Assembly: GCF_009914755.1 (NCBI RefSeq)
Contig: NC_060926.1
Source of the DNA: the human T2T-CHM13v2.0 reference genome, Homo sapiens
Direction: 5' to 3' (one strand)
Length of the DNA: 64,000 nucleotides
The first letter of the stretch is position 1. The number at the start of each line of letters is the position of its first letter. Shown piece after piece: positions 1 through 9,077 of the stretch. The notes below the pieces were generated by a model. It ran no database searches. It was not told the DNA's origin and saw nothing but the letters and a program-made list of their open reading frames with translations. Position numbers and translations under genes: made by a program.

Positions 1-335
1 CCCCTCTGCCCGGCCAGCCGCCCGGTCCGGGAGGGAGGTGGGGGGGTCAGCCCCCTGCCTGGCAAGCCGCCCCGTCTGGGAGGGAGGTGGGGGGATCAGC
101 CCCCCGCCGGGCCAGCCACCCCGTCCGGGAGGTGAGGGGTGCCTCTGCCCGGCCGCCCCTACTGGGAAGTGAGGAGCCCCTCTGCCCGGCCAGCCGCCCC
201 ATCCGGGAGTGAGGTGGGGGGGTCAGCCCCCTGCCCGGCCAGCCGCCCCGTCCGGGAGGTGAGGGGCGCCTCTGCCCGGCCGCCCCTACTGGGAAGTGAG
301 GAGCCCCTCTGCCCGGCCACCACCCCGTCTGGGAG
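1..335 (+). repeat. SVA VNTR (GC-rich ~37-50 bp units)
   Basis: Repeated cccctctgcccggccagccgccccgtccgggagg / gccgcccctactgggaagtgaggag units. Confidence 0.93.
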
Positions 336-866
336 GTGTACCCAACAGCTCATTGAGAACGGGCCATGATGACAATGGCGGTTTTGTGGAATAGAAAGCG
401 GGGAAAGGTGGGGAAAAGATTGAGAAATCGGATGGTTGCCGTGTCTGTGTAGAAAGAGGTAGACATGGGAGACTTTTCATTTTGTTCTGTACTAAGAAAA
501 ATTCTTATCCTGTTGATCTGTGACCTTACCCCCAACCCCGTGCTCTCTGAAACATGTGCTGTGTCCACTCAGGGCTAAATGGATTAAGGGCGGTGCAAGA
601 TGTGCTTTGTTAAACAGATGCTTGAAGGCAGCATGCTCGTTGAGAGTCATCACCACTCCCTAATCTCAAGTAACCAGGGACACAAACACTGTGGAAGGCC
701 GCAGGGTCCTCTGCCTAGGAAAACCAGAGACCTTTGTTCACTTGTTTATCTGCTGACCTTCCCTCCACTATTGTCCTATGACCCTGCCAAATCCCCCTCT
801 GCGAGAAACACCCAAGAATGATCAATAAAAAAATAAAATAAAATAAAATAAAATAAAATAAATAAA
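1..866 (+). mobile_element. SVA retrotransposon, 3' portion (VNTR + SINE-R + poly(A)); SVA_D-like; 5' end lies outside the window
   Basis: GC-rich VNTR units (ccccgtccgggaggtgagggg..., cagcccccc...ggccagccgcccc) at 1-~335. HERV-K-derived SINE-R follows (gtacccaacagctcattgagaacgggccatgatgac ... gagaaacacccaagaatgatc). AATAAA at 824-829, then an (AAAAT)n tail to 866. Confidence 0.97.
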
Positions 867-867
867 G

Positions 868-1316
868 TTTCATGCGCATCCGTGTGAAGAGACCACCAAA
901 CAGGCTTTGTGTGAGCAGCATGGCTGTTTATTTCACCTGGGTGCAGGCGGGCTGAGTCCGAAAAGAGAGTCAGCCAAGGGAGATAAGGGTGGGGCTGTTT
1001 TATAGGATTTGGGTAGGTAAAGGAAAATTACAGTCAAAGGGGGTTTGTTCTCTGGCGGGCAGGAGTGGGGGCCGCAAGGTGCTCAGTGGGGGTGCTTTGA
1101 GCCAGGATGAGCCAGGAAAAGGAGTTTCACAAGGTAATGTCATCAGTTAAGGCAAGGACCGGCCATTTACACTTCTTTTGTGGTGGAATGTCATCATTAA
1201 GGTGGTGCAGGGCATATTCACTTCTTTTGTGATTCTTCAGTTACTTCAGGCCATCTGGGCATATACGTGCAGGTCACAGGGGATGCATGGCTTGGCTTGG
1301 GCTCAGAGGCCTGACA
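868..1316 (-). repeat. HERV-H 3' LTR (LTR7)
   Basis: Minus strand reads TGTCAGGCCTCTGAGCCCAAG...CGCATGAAA; 449 bp; poly(A) signal AATAAA (minus) at 927-932; polypurine tract AAGAAGGCAGGAG immediately upstream (1317-1329). Confidence 0.97.
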
Positions 1317-1478
1317 CTCCTGCCTTCTTATATTAATAAGAAAAATAAAACAAAATAGTGTTGAAGTGTTGGGGCAGTGAAAATTTTTGGGGGGTGATAT
1401 GGCGAGAGAATGGGTGATGTTTATCAGGGCTGCTTCAAGCGGGATTAGGGGCGGCGTGGGAACCTAGAGTGGGAGAGA

Positions 1479-3231
1479 TTAAGCTGAAGGGAGGTCTTGT
1501 GGTAAGGGGTGATATTGTGGGGATGTTAGAAGAAACATTTGTCGTATAGAATGATTGGTGATGGCCTGGATACGGTTTTGGATGAATTGAGAAACTAAAT
1601 GGAAGATACAAGGTCTGAATAAAAGAAGGAGAAAAATGGGTATTAAAGGACTAAGAATTGGGAGGACCCAGGACATCCAATTAGAGAGTGCCCAAGGGGG
1701 TTCAGCGTAATTACTTGCTTGGTTGGCAAGTTTTGGGGCTCTATCCTTGAGTTTTTTTATGTTGTCATACACCAGGCCAGATTGATTTAGGTAAAAACAA
1801 CACTCCTCATTTATGAATATGCAGTCCTCCTTTTTCAGCAGTGAGTAAGTCAAGGCCTTGGCGGTTCTGGAGGACAACTGCAGCTAAAGAGTCAACTTGG
1901 GCCTGGAGGACTGATAAAGTTTGTGATATGTGTGTGATGCTAGCAGAGAAGTCATGAGACAGGCTACGGAAGGTCGTGACAGAGGTTGAAATGCCTGCTA
2001 TTCCAGTACCGAGAGCAATAGTGGAGGCAGAAAGTCCTAAACCGACCATCAAGGGAATTAGTGGAATAACTCTTTTTTGTCGTGTCGGTGTCATGAGGGG
2101 AACAGGGAGCTCTTCGGTCCCATTTGCAAATTGAATTTTGGGGGTAAGGAAGACTAGTGTACATGTGCCTGTCCAATTAGCAGGTAGACACATGTAGGTA
2201 GAGGATCCACAGAGGAAGAAGAGACCTTGTGTGAGGCAAAACTGGAGATGTAAAGTAAAAAGATGAGAAGGAGTGCTGAAAGGGGTGTCTTGTACCCAGA
2301 CTCCTAGGAATCCAGCTAGGGCGGCAGCTGTCAGAGGTTGTAATGGGGACTGATGGGGTAACTGCATAGAGGGGGAGGTTCGATTTTCATGGTGTATGAG
2401 AAAACGTTGAGTATCTATGAACAACCTTTCACTGTTATTTTCGGGGCTGGGTATAAGTAAACAAGAAGAGGGCCTGGGAGAAGAGTCTGATGAGCAAGGG
2501 GAAGGTAGCCAAGGATGGAGTGAAATACAGGGCAAGTGTCTTCCTAAGCAATAATTACTGCTAATGTTTTTAAGTTTGTCAGTATTGATAGAGGGCTTCT
2601 CTGTAATATGGAGCTGGAAGTCTCCAATTGTTTCAGTGATGTGTGTAGTTGGACTTCAGAGATGAAAAGTAAAGGAACATCGAGAAGGTGAAAGATTACC
2701 TAGGGGAATTCCAGTGGGTCTTTGCCGAGAGATACATAAAGGAGCGGCAACTGGAATAGTAGTTTGTGTAGTGAGAGGTCCAAATATGGGGGAAGTAGAG
2801 TTAATATAAGGAGAAAGGTTTTTTAAATAAGTGCGAAGGAGGGCGGCAGCTTGCTGATGTGAAATGTCTGGGGAAGTCTTGCTGGACCTGTCTAGAAAGT
2901 AAATGAATTCTTCAGGAGGGTAAAGGTGAGGGCTGTTAAAGGAAGTTCGGAGGTGTAGGGAGACAGGAGATACTGCCCAGTCTGTCTGTAAGGCGGAGAC
3001 AGCTGTGTAGGCACTGGAAGAAAGGGAAATGCAAAGCCAGCAGTTGTTCGCTAAGGAGGGATTAGAAGCAGCTAGGAGAGGATGGGTAAGGTTGACAGTG
3101 TGGTGGAGATAGCTGGGGAGAGGTAGAGGGTGACATAAGAATGGGAATGAGAATAAGAGTGAGTATAAAAGTAAAGAATAGAACTTCATCAGGGTGGAAG
3201 TATTGGAGGGTGCCTTGCCAGCAAAGATCAT
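1479..3231 (-). pseudogene. env: HERV-H env, full length, disrupted by one nonsense codon and one 2-bp frameshift
   Basis: MIFAGKAPSNTSTLMKFYSLL leader, CWLC motif, RQKR furin site, fusion peptide, immunosuppressive domain LQNRQGLDLLTAEKGGL, CX6CC (CIFINEECC), TM anchor and C-terminus PQDLPSA. TGA at 2656-2658; I translated 2536-2655 and it is open in frame with the 1807-2535 ORF. Frameshift at ~1821-1825. Confidence 0.95.
2656..3231 (-). CDS. Truncated HERV-H Env ORF, 191 aa (signal peptide + N-terminal SU); expression unknown
   Basis: ATG at 3231, hydrophobic stretch FYSLLLYSLLFSFPFLC, NCWLC motif, ends at a premature TGA. Confidence 0.45.
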   Translation of the reverse strand: MIFAGKAPSNTSTLMKFYSLLLYSLLFSFPFLCHPLPLPSYLHHTVNLTHPLLAASNPSLANNCWLCISLSSSAYTAVSALQTDWAVSPVSLHLRTSFNSPHLYPPEEFIYFLDRSSKTSPDISHQQAAALLRTYLKNLSPYINSTSPIFGPLTTQTTIPVAAPLCISRQRPTGIPLGNLSPSRCSFTFHL

Positions 3232-3554
3232 CTATCCACTCTAAGAGGGAGTTAAGAGTGGCAGTTTGGGGATAGCACCAAGAGATATCAGCTGTGATGG
3301 CTTGAAGAAGCAGTGTAAACCGGCGGTGTAAACAAGAGTAGGCCATTTATAAGTGGTTGAGAATGGAGAATAGGAGTATGATCTGACAGAAGATAGTAGG
3401 GATGACTAGTTTTTTGGGGCTCGGCCTAAGTGGTGGGGGTGACTTCGTAAAGCCCTGTTGCAAAAAGTAGGGTAAGGACGAACAGATCGAATAGAATGAA
3501 GGGATATATTAGGCTCATAAGGGTTATTACTGTTCTTCAGAAATACGAGTGAGT

Positions 3555-5498
3555 TTAAGGGAAGTGGGGGAGAGTACTTGCGACTTCCAGGAGGAAGAGG
3601 AAGGGATTAGGCTGGCTGTCCGATGGACACAGCTTTATTCTGGAACAGTGAACCCAGTGGGGAGGATCCTGCAGGCGGACGGCAGTCGGGGTACTATAGA
3701 TGACTAAGTAGGGTCCGGTCCATCGAGGTTGTAGAGTTTGAGGGGTCAGATTCTTAACAAGAACTGATCGTCCAGCTAGGTTGTCTTCATATGGCTGGGG
3801 ATCTGGAGTAGGCAAGAGAAGATTAGCAGCCTGGCAAATTTCCTGTCTAGCCTGCTGGAGGACTGGAAGATAGTCGCCTAGAGGGCTGGTGTCTGTGATG
3901 GGGTTGGGGCCAAGCAAGAAAGTGCGTCCATACAAAAGTTCAAATGGACTGTACCCTGTAGCATCTCGAGGACAGGCTCTGATTCTGAGAAGAGCAAGAG
4001 GTAAAAGTACTGTCCAATCCTTTTTAAGTTGGAGGCTGAGATTGGTGAGGTGTGCCTTTAAAAGACCATTAGTCTGTTCTACCTTTCCTGAAGATTGAGG
4101 ATGGTAAGGGATATGAAGGTTCCACTGAATACCAAGATCCTGAGAAATTGCTTGGGTGATTTGGCTAGTAAAGGCTGGTCCGTTATCAGACTGTATAGAG
4201 GTGGGAAAGCCAAACCGAGGAATTATGTCTGACAGAAGGGAAGAAATGACCGCAGTGACCTTCTCAGACCCTGTGGGGAAGGCCTCTACCCATCCAGTGA
4301 AAGTGTCTACCCAGACTAAGAGATATTTTAGTTTTCTAACTCGAGGCATGTGAGTAAAGTCAATTTGCCAATCCTCGGCAGGGGCAAATCCCCGAGCTTG
4401 ATGTGTAGGAAAGGGAGGAGGCCCGAACAATCCCTGAGGGATAATAGTAGAATAGCAGATGGAACACTGAGAAGTGATCTCCTTGAGGATAGATTTCCAT
4501 GATGGAAAGGAAATGAGAGGTTCTAACAGTCGGGCTAGCGGCTTGTAACCTACATGGAAGAGGTTATGAAATGACGACAGAATAGAATGGGCCTGTGAGG
4601 CTGGAAGAAGGTATTTTCCTTGGTCTAAGAACCATTTGCCTTGTGTGGGAAGAGATTGATAGGTGGAAGTTTCAGTGGGGGAATAGGTGGGAGTGACTGA
4701 AGTGAAGGAGAAAAACTGGCCATGAGGGACAGAAGTTGGAGAGCTAGCTGCTTGTCTAGCCACCTTGTCAGCATAAGCATTGGCTAGAGCAATGGAATCT
4801 GATGCCTTTTGATGCCCCTTGCAGTGAATGACCCCAGCTTCTTTTGGAAGTAAAGCAGCCTTGAGCAGAGTTTTTATTAAAGAGGCATTAATGATGGAGG
4901 ACCCTTGTGTAGTGAGGAAACTTCTTTCAGCCCATATGACTGCATGGTGGTGCAGAATATGAAAGGCATATTTAGAATCAGTATAGATATTGATGTGTAG
5001 TCCTTTTGCAATAGTGAAGGCTTGAGTTAAGGCAACTAGTTCGGCTTGCTGAGAGGTAGTGGAGGGAGGCAGAGCGGTAGCCTCAATGATAGATGTGGAA
5101 GATACTATAGCATAGCCTGCCTTTGCTGGTGAGTAGCGATTAGGCCTGGTGGAACTGCCATCAATAAACCAAGTGTGATCAGTGTGAGAAACAGGGAAGA
5201 AGGAAATGTAGGGAAATGGGGTGAACATCAGGTGGATCAGAGAGATGCAGTCATGACGGTCAGGTGTGGTATCCAGAATAATGTGGGAGGCCGGATTGAA
5301 GTCCGGGCCAGGAACAATGGTAATTGTGGGAGACTCAACAAAGAGTGAGTACAGCTGAAGGAGCCGGGGAGCAGAAAGTATATGTGTCAGGTGTGAGGAA
5401 GAAAATAGATTTTGGAAATTATGAGAGCTATAGAGAGTGAGATGAGCATAGTTTGTGATTTTGAGGGCCTCTAAAAGTATTAAAGCAGCGGCAGCCAC
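3555..5498 (-). pseudogene. pol: HERV-H pol 3' part: tether, RNase H and integrase in one open 647-codon frame
   Basis: RNase H motifs WFIDGSS, QQAEL, IYTDSKY, HCKGH, NAYAD. Integrase HHCC (FHNLFH...CSIC), DDE (WQIDFT, SDNG, SGKVE) and GPY motif. The last ~14 codons look frameshifted. Confidence 0.95.
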
Positions 5499-6300
5499 TG
5501 CACGGAGACACGAGGGCTAGGCTAAAACAGTAAGGTCAAGTTGTTTGGACAGAAAGGCTACAGGGTGCGGTCCTGGCTCTTGTGTAAGAATTCTGACCGT
5601 ACTAACCATGCCTAGGAAGGCAAGGAGTTGTTCTTTTGTAAGGGATTGAGGTTTGGGAGATTAGTCGGACACGATCAGCAGGGAGAGCACGTGTGTTTTT
5701 ACGAGAATTATGCCGAGATAGGTAACAGATGAGGATGAAATTTGGGCTTGACTGAAGTAATGGGGGCTGTCTGTGAAGCCTTGCGGCAGTACAGCCCAGG
5801 TAATTTGCTGAGCCTAATGGGTGTCAGGGTCAGTCCAAGTGAAAGCCAAGAGAGGCTGGGATGACGGGTGCAAAGGAATAGTAAAGAAAGCACGTTTGAG
5901 ATCCAGAACAGAATAATGGATTGTGGAGGGAGGTATTGAGGATAGGAGAGTATATGGGTTTGGCACCACGGGGTGGATAGGCAAAACAATTTGATTGATA
6001 AGGCGCAGATCCTGAACTAACTTGTAAGGCTTGTCTGGTTTTAGGACAGGTAAAATGGGGGAATTGTAAGGAGAGTTTATAGGCTTTAAAAGGCCATGCT
6101 GTAGCAGACGAGTGATAACAGGCTTTAATCTTTTTAAAGCGGGCTGCGGGATGGGATATTGGCATTGAGTGGGGTAAGGGTGATTAGGTTTTAATGAGAT
6201 GGTAAGGGGTGCATGATCAGTCGCCAAGGAGGGAGTAGAGGTATCTTATACTTGTGGGTTAAGGTGGGGGGATACAAGAGGAGGACGCAAAGGAGGCTTT
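5499..6300 (-). pseudogene. pol: HERV-H reverse transcriptase remnant with internal deletions and stops
   Basis: SPYNSPILPV, LVQDLRLIN, LDLKRAFF (D lost from the usual LDLKDAFF), AFTW, LPQGF. No YxDD: SPHYFSQA runs straight into QISSSSVTYLG near 5745. Stop at 5814-5816. Confidence 0.9.
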
Positions 6301-6380
6301 GGATTGGGAAGAAGGGCGGCAATGAGATATAGCGGTAGTCCAGGAATAGTCAGGGAAGCAGATAATTTAGTTAAAGTGTC

Positions 6381-6605
6381 TCAGCCTAATAAGGGAACTG
6401 GGCAGGTGGGGATAACTAAAAAAGAGTGCTTAAAAGAGTATTGTCTAAGTTGGCTCCAGAGTTGGGGAGTTTTAAGAGGTTTAGAAGCCTGGCCGTCAAT
6501 ACCCACAACAGTTATGGAGGCAAGGGAAACAGGCCCTTGAAAAGAAGGTAATGTGGAGGGGGTAGCCTCCGTATTGATTAAGAAGGGGATGGACTTACTT
6601 TCCAC
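6381..6605 (-). pseudogene. pro: HERV-H protease remnant (catalytic DTG replaced by NTE)
   Basis: FLINTEATPSTL...VVGIDG...FLVIPTCPVPLLG*. Confidence 0.88.
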
Positions 6606-6619
6606 TGTGAGAGTTACCT

Positions 6620-7820
6620 AAAGCTCGGCGTCCGTGATGGTCTACGGGGGCTTCCGAGGTGATCAAGCAGCGTCAGTCTTCAGCCGCTAAGCCGAGGAGT
6701 CAGTCAGAGAGCCTTGGGCCAGAGTTCCAGGGGCTCTGGGAGTGGCTGCCAGGTGAGTTGAACAGTCCGATTTCCAGCGGGGTCCCACACAGTTGGGACA
6801 CGGCTTAGGAGGAATCCTGGGCTGCAGGCATTCCTTGGCCTGGTGGCCAGATTTCTGGCACTTGTAGCAAGCTCCTGGGGGAGGAGGTTCTGGAGGAATG
6901 CCTGGCTGCTGCAATTCAGGCATTTGGAAGTTCTTGTGTGCTGGAGATGTGGCTGGGGTTTGTCTCACAGTGGAGGCAAAGAATTGCAACTTTTTTCTAT
7001 TATTGTACACCTTGAAGGCGAGGTTAATTAAATCCTGTTGTGGGGTTTGAGGGCCGGAATTTAATTTTTGGAGTTTTATTTAATGTCGGGAGCAGATTGG
7101 GTAATAAAATGTATTTTGAGAATAAGACGGCCTTTTGACCTTTTAGGGTCTAGGGCTGTAAAGTGTCTCATGGTTGCTGCCAAACAAATCATGAACTGGG
7201 CTGGATTTTTATATTTGATGAAAAAGAGCCTAAATGCTATCTGATTTGGGATAAAGAAAAAGAGCATTAACCTTGACTATGCCTTTAGCTCCAGCCACCT
7301 TTTTAAGAGTAAATTGCTGGGCAGGAGGGGGAGGGCTAGTCAGGGAATGAAACGGTAAGCCAGACCAGGTGTGAGGAGGGGGGGTGATAAAAAGATTACA
7401 GGGTGGAGGAGCAGAGGCTGAGGAAGAATTGGGACCTAGCTCGGCCTGGTGAGGAGCAGCCTGGGGAGGAAGGGAAAGGTCAGATGGGTCTGTAGAAAAG
7501 GAAGATTAGAAAGACTCAGCGATGCTTGGGGTTGGTACTGAGGGGAGAGGCGGGAGGGAAAGAAGGAAGATTTAGGACGAGTTGCACTGGGCACAGAGAC
7601 TAGGAAGGGACTGATGTGTAAAAGAATGCCTAGACGTCAGGCACCTCAGACCATTTGCCTATTCTACGACAAGAATTATTTAGATCTTGCAGGATGGAAA
7701 AATTCAAAGTGCCATTTTCTGGCTATTTGGAACTACTGTCAAATTTATATTGGGGTCAAGCGGCATTGCAGAAGAAAATAAGGCATTTAGGTTTTAGGTC
7801 AGGTGTGAGTTGAAGAGGTT
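6620..7820 (-). pseudogene. gag: HERV-H gag remnant (fragmented) with NC zinc knuckle
   Basis: CYKCQKSGHQAKEC CCHC motif and a degenerate second knuckle CPNCVGPRWKSDC (ORF 6687-7010). CA fragment HFITQSAPDIK (ORF 7076-7267). Boundaries approximate. Confidence 0.85.
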
Positions 7821-7896
7821 TTAAGTTTTTGAGAACACAGGACAAAGGAGTAGAAGGAGGAATGGAGGGTGGAAGGTTGCCCATAGTGAAGGAAGC

Positions 7897-8640
7897 CTAG
7901 AGAAAAGAGAGAGTAGAGAAAAGGAGGGAAGGGGTTCGGAGGTTCTTACCTTCCAGAAAAGTGGGAAAAGGGGTTGGGGCACAGAGATTAGAGGTCGGGG
8001 CACGGAAATAAGGGATGGGGTGCAGAAATAAGGGGTCGGGGCAAGGAAATAAGGGGTCGGGGCATGGAAATAAGGGGTCGGGGCACGGAAATAAGGGGTC
8101 GGGGCACGGAAATAAGGGGTCGGGGCACGGAAATAAGGGATTGGGGCGCAGAGATAAGAGGTCGGGGTGCGGAAATAAGGGATTGGGGCGCAGAGATATA
8201 AGAGGTTGGGGCACGGAAATAAGGGATTGGGGCGTGGAAATAAGGGATTGGGGCACAGAGATAAGAGGTTGGGGTGCAGAAATAAGGGATTGGGGGTTCT
8301 TGCCCTGTAGAGTTTTGGGTCCACCGATAAAACGTGTCTCCTTTGTCTCTACCAGAAAATGAAAGGAATTGAAATTAAGAGAAGGGGGAGATTGAAGTGT
8401 GGCGCCAAGATTGAAAGGAGAAAGAGGTTGAGGGATAGTGAGGGAGGTTGGAGAAGAGAGTAAAAAGAGGCCGCTTACCGGATTTGAAATTGGTGAGATG
8501 TTTCTTGGGCTGGTTGGTCTGAGGACCTGAGGTCGTAGGTGGATCTTTCTCACGGAGCAAAGAACAAGAGGACAGGGGATTGATCTCCCAAGGGAGGTCC
8601 CCCGATCCGAGTCACGGCACCAAATTTCACGCGCGTCCAT
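7897..8640 (-). CDS. 247-aa leader ORF in the same frame as the predicted ESRG (HESRG) protein; coding status unproven
   Basis: EIWCRDSDRGTSLGRSIPC...NISPISNPVSGLFLL...LVETKET matches the recalled HERV-H-derived ESRG ORF. C-terminus is (PDPLFPC)n from the minisatellite. Confidence 0.35.
   Translation of the reverse strand: MDAREIWCRDSDRGTSLGRSIPCPLVLCSVRKIHLRPQVLRPTSPRNISPISNPVSGLFLLSSPTSLTIPQPLSPFNLGATLQSPPSLNFNSFHFLVETKETRFIGGPKTLQGKNPQSLISAPQPLISVPQSLISTPQSLISVPQPLISLRPNPLFPHPDLLSLRPNPLFPCPDPLFPCPDPLFPCPDPLFPCPDPLFPCPDPLFLHPIPYFRAPTSNLCAPTPFPTFLEGKNLRTPSLLFSTLSFL
7976..8291. repeat. 21-bp G-rich minisatellite in the HERV-H leader, 15 units
   Basis: Unit GGGGCACGGAAATAAGGGGTC and variants starting at 7976, 7997, 8017, 8038, 8059, 8080, 8101, 8122, 8143, 8164, 8185, 8208, 8229, 8250, 8271. 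Confidence 0.95.
8474..8481 (-). promoter_or_regulatory. HERV-H major splice donor
   Basis: Minus strand CAAATCCG|GTAAGC, GT at 8478-8477, about 125 nt downstream of the PBS. Confidence 0.8.
8605..8622 (-). other. Primer binding site complementary to tRNA-His 3' end
   Basis: Minus strand TGGTGCCGTGACTCGGAT, 2 nt after the 5' LTR. Confidence 0.96.
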
Positions 8641-9077
8641 GTGAAGAGACCACCAAACAGGCTTTGTGTTAGCGACATGACTGTTTATTTCACCTGGGTG
8701 CAGGTGGGCTGAGTTGGAAAAGAGAGTCAGCCAAGGGAGATAAGGGTGGGGCCGTTTTATAGGATTTGGGTAGGTAAAGGAAAATTACAGTCAAAGGGGG
8801 TTTGTTCTCTGGCGGGCAGGAGTGGGGGCTGCAAGGTGCTCAGTGGGGGTGCTTTTTGAGCCAGGATGAGCCAGGAAAAGGACTTTCACAAGGTAATGTC
8901 ATCAGTTAAGGCAAGGACCGGCCATTTACACTTCTTTTGTGGTGGAATGTCATCAGTTAAGGTGGGGCAGGGCATATTCACTTCTTTTGTGATTCTTCAG
9001 TTACTTCAGGCCATCTGGGCGTATATGTGCAGGTCACAGGGGATGCGATGGCTTGGCTTGGGCTCAGAGGCCTGACA
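8625..9077 (-). promoter_or_regulatory. HERV-H 5' LTR (LTR7) promoter/enhancer
   Basis: 453 bp copy of 868-1316. TATAAAA (minus) at 8755-8761, ACAAAAG SOX-like motifs at 8934-8940 and 8984-8990, GGTGGGGC KLF-like motif at 8961-8968. Confidence 0.96.

Larger units (their letters stand above)
868..9077 (-). mobile_element. HERV-H provirus, env-containing, near full length (8210 bp)
   Basis: Two LTR7 copies, tRNA-His PBS, PPT and gag/pro/pol/env remnants in order on the minus strand. Flanks taaag (863-867) and gaaag (9078-9082) match 4/5 as a TSD. Confidence 0.98.

Noticed and set aside
139-921. Five short ORFs over the SVA and its junction
   Set aside because: Incidental frames of the VNTR, SINE-R and A-tail; SVA is non-coding.
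7976-8291. CRISPR-like array
   Set aside because: Units are directly adjacent with no unique spacers, there are no cas genes, and the context is primate retroviral.
7821-8362. Repetitive ORFs (PYFRAPT)n and (GNKGSGH)n
   Set aside because: Alternate frames of the stop-free 21-bp minisatellite.
8605-8622. tRNA-His gene
   Set aside because: Only the 18-nt retroviral PBS; no tRNA body.
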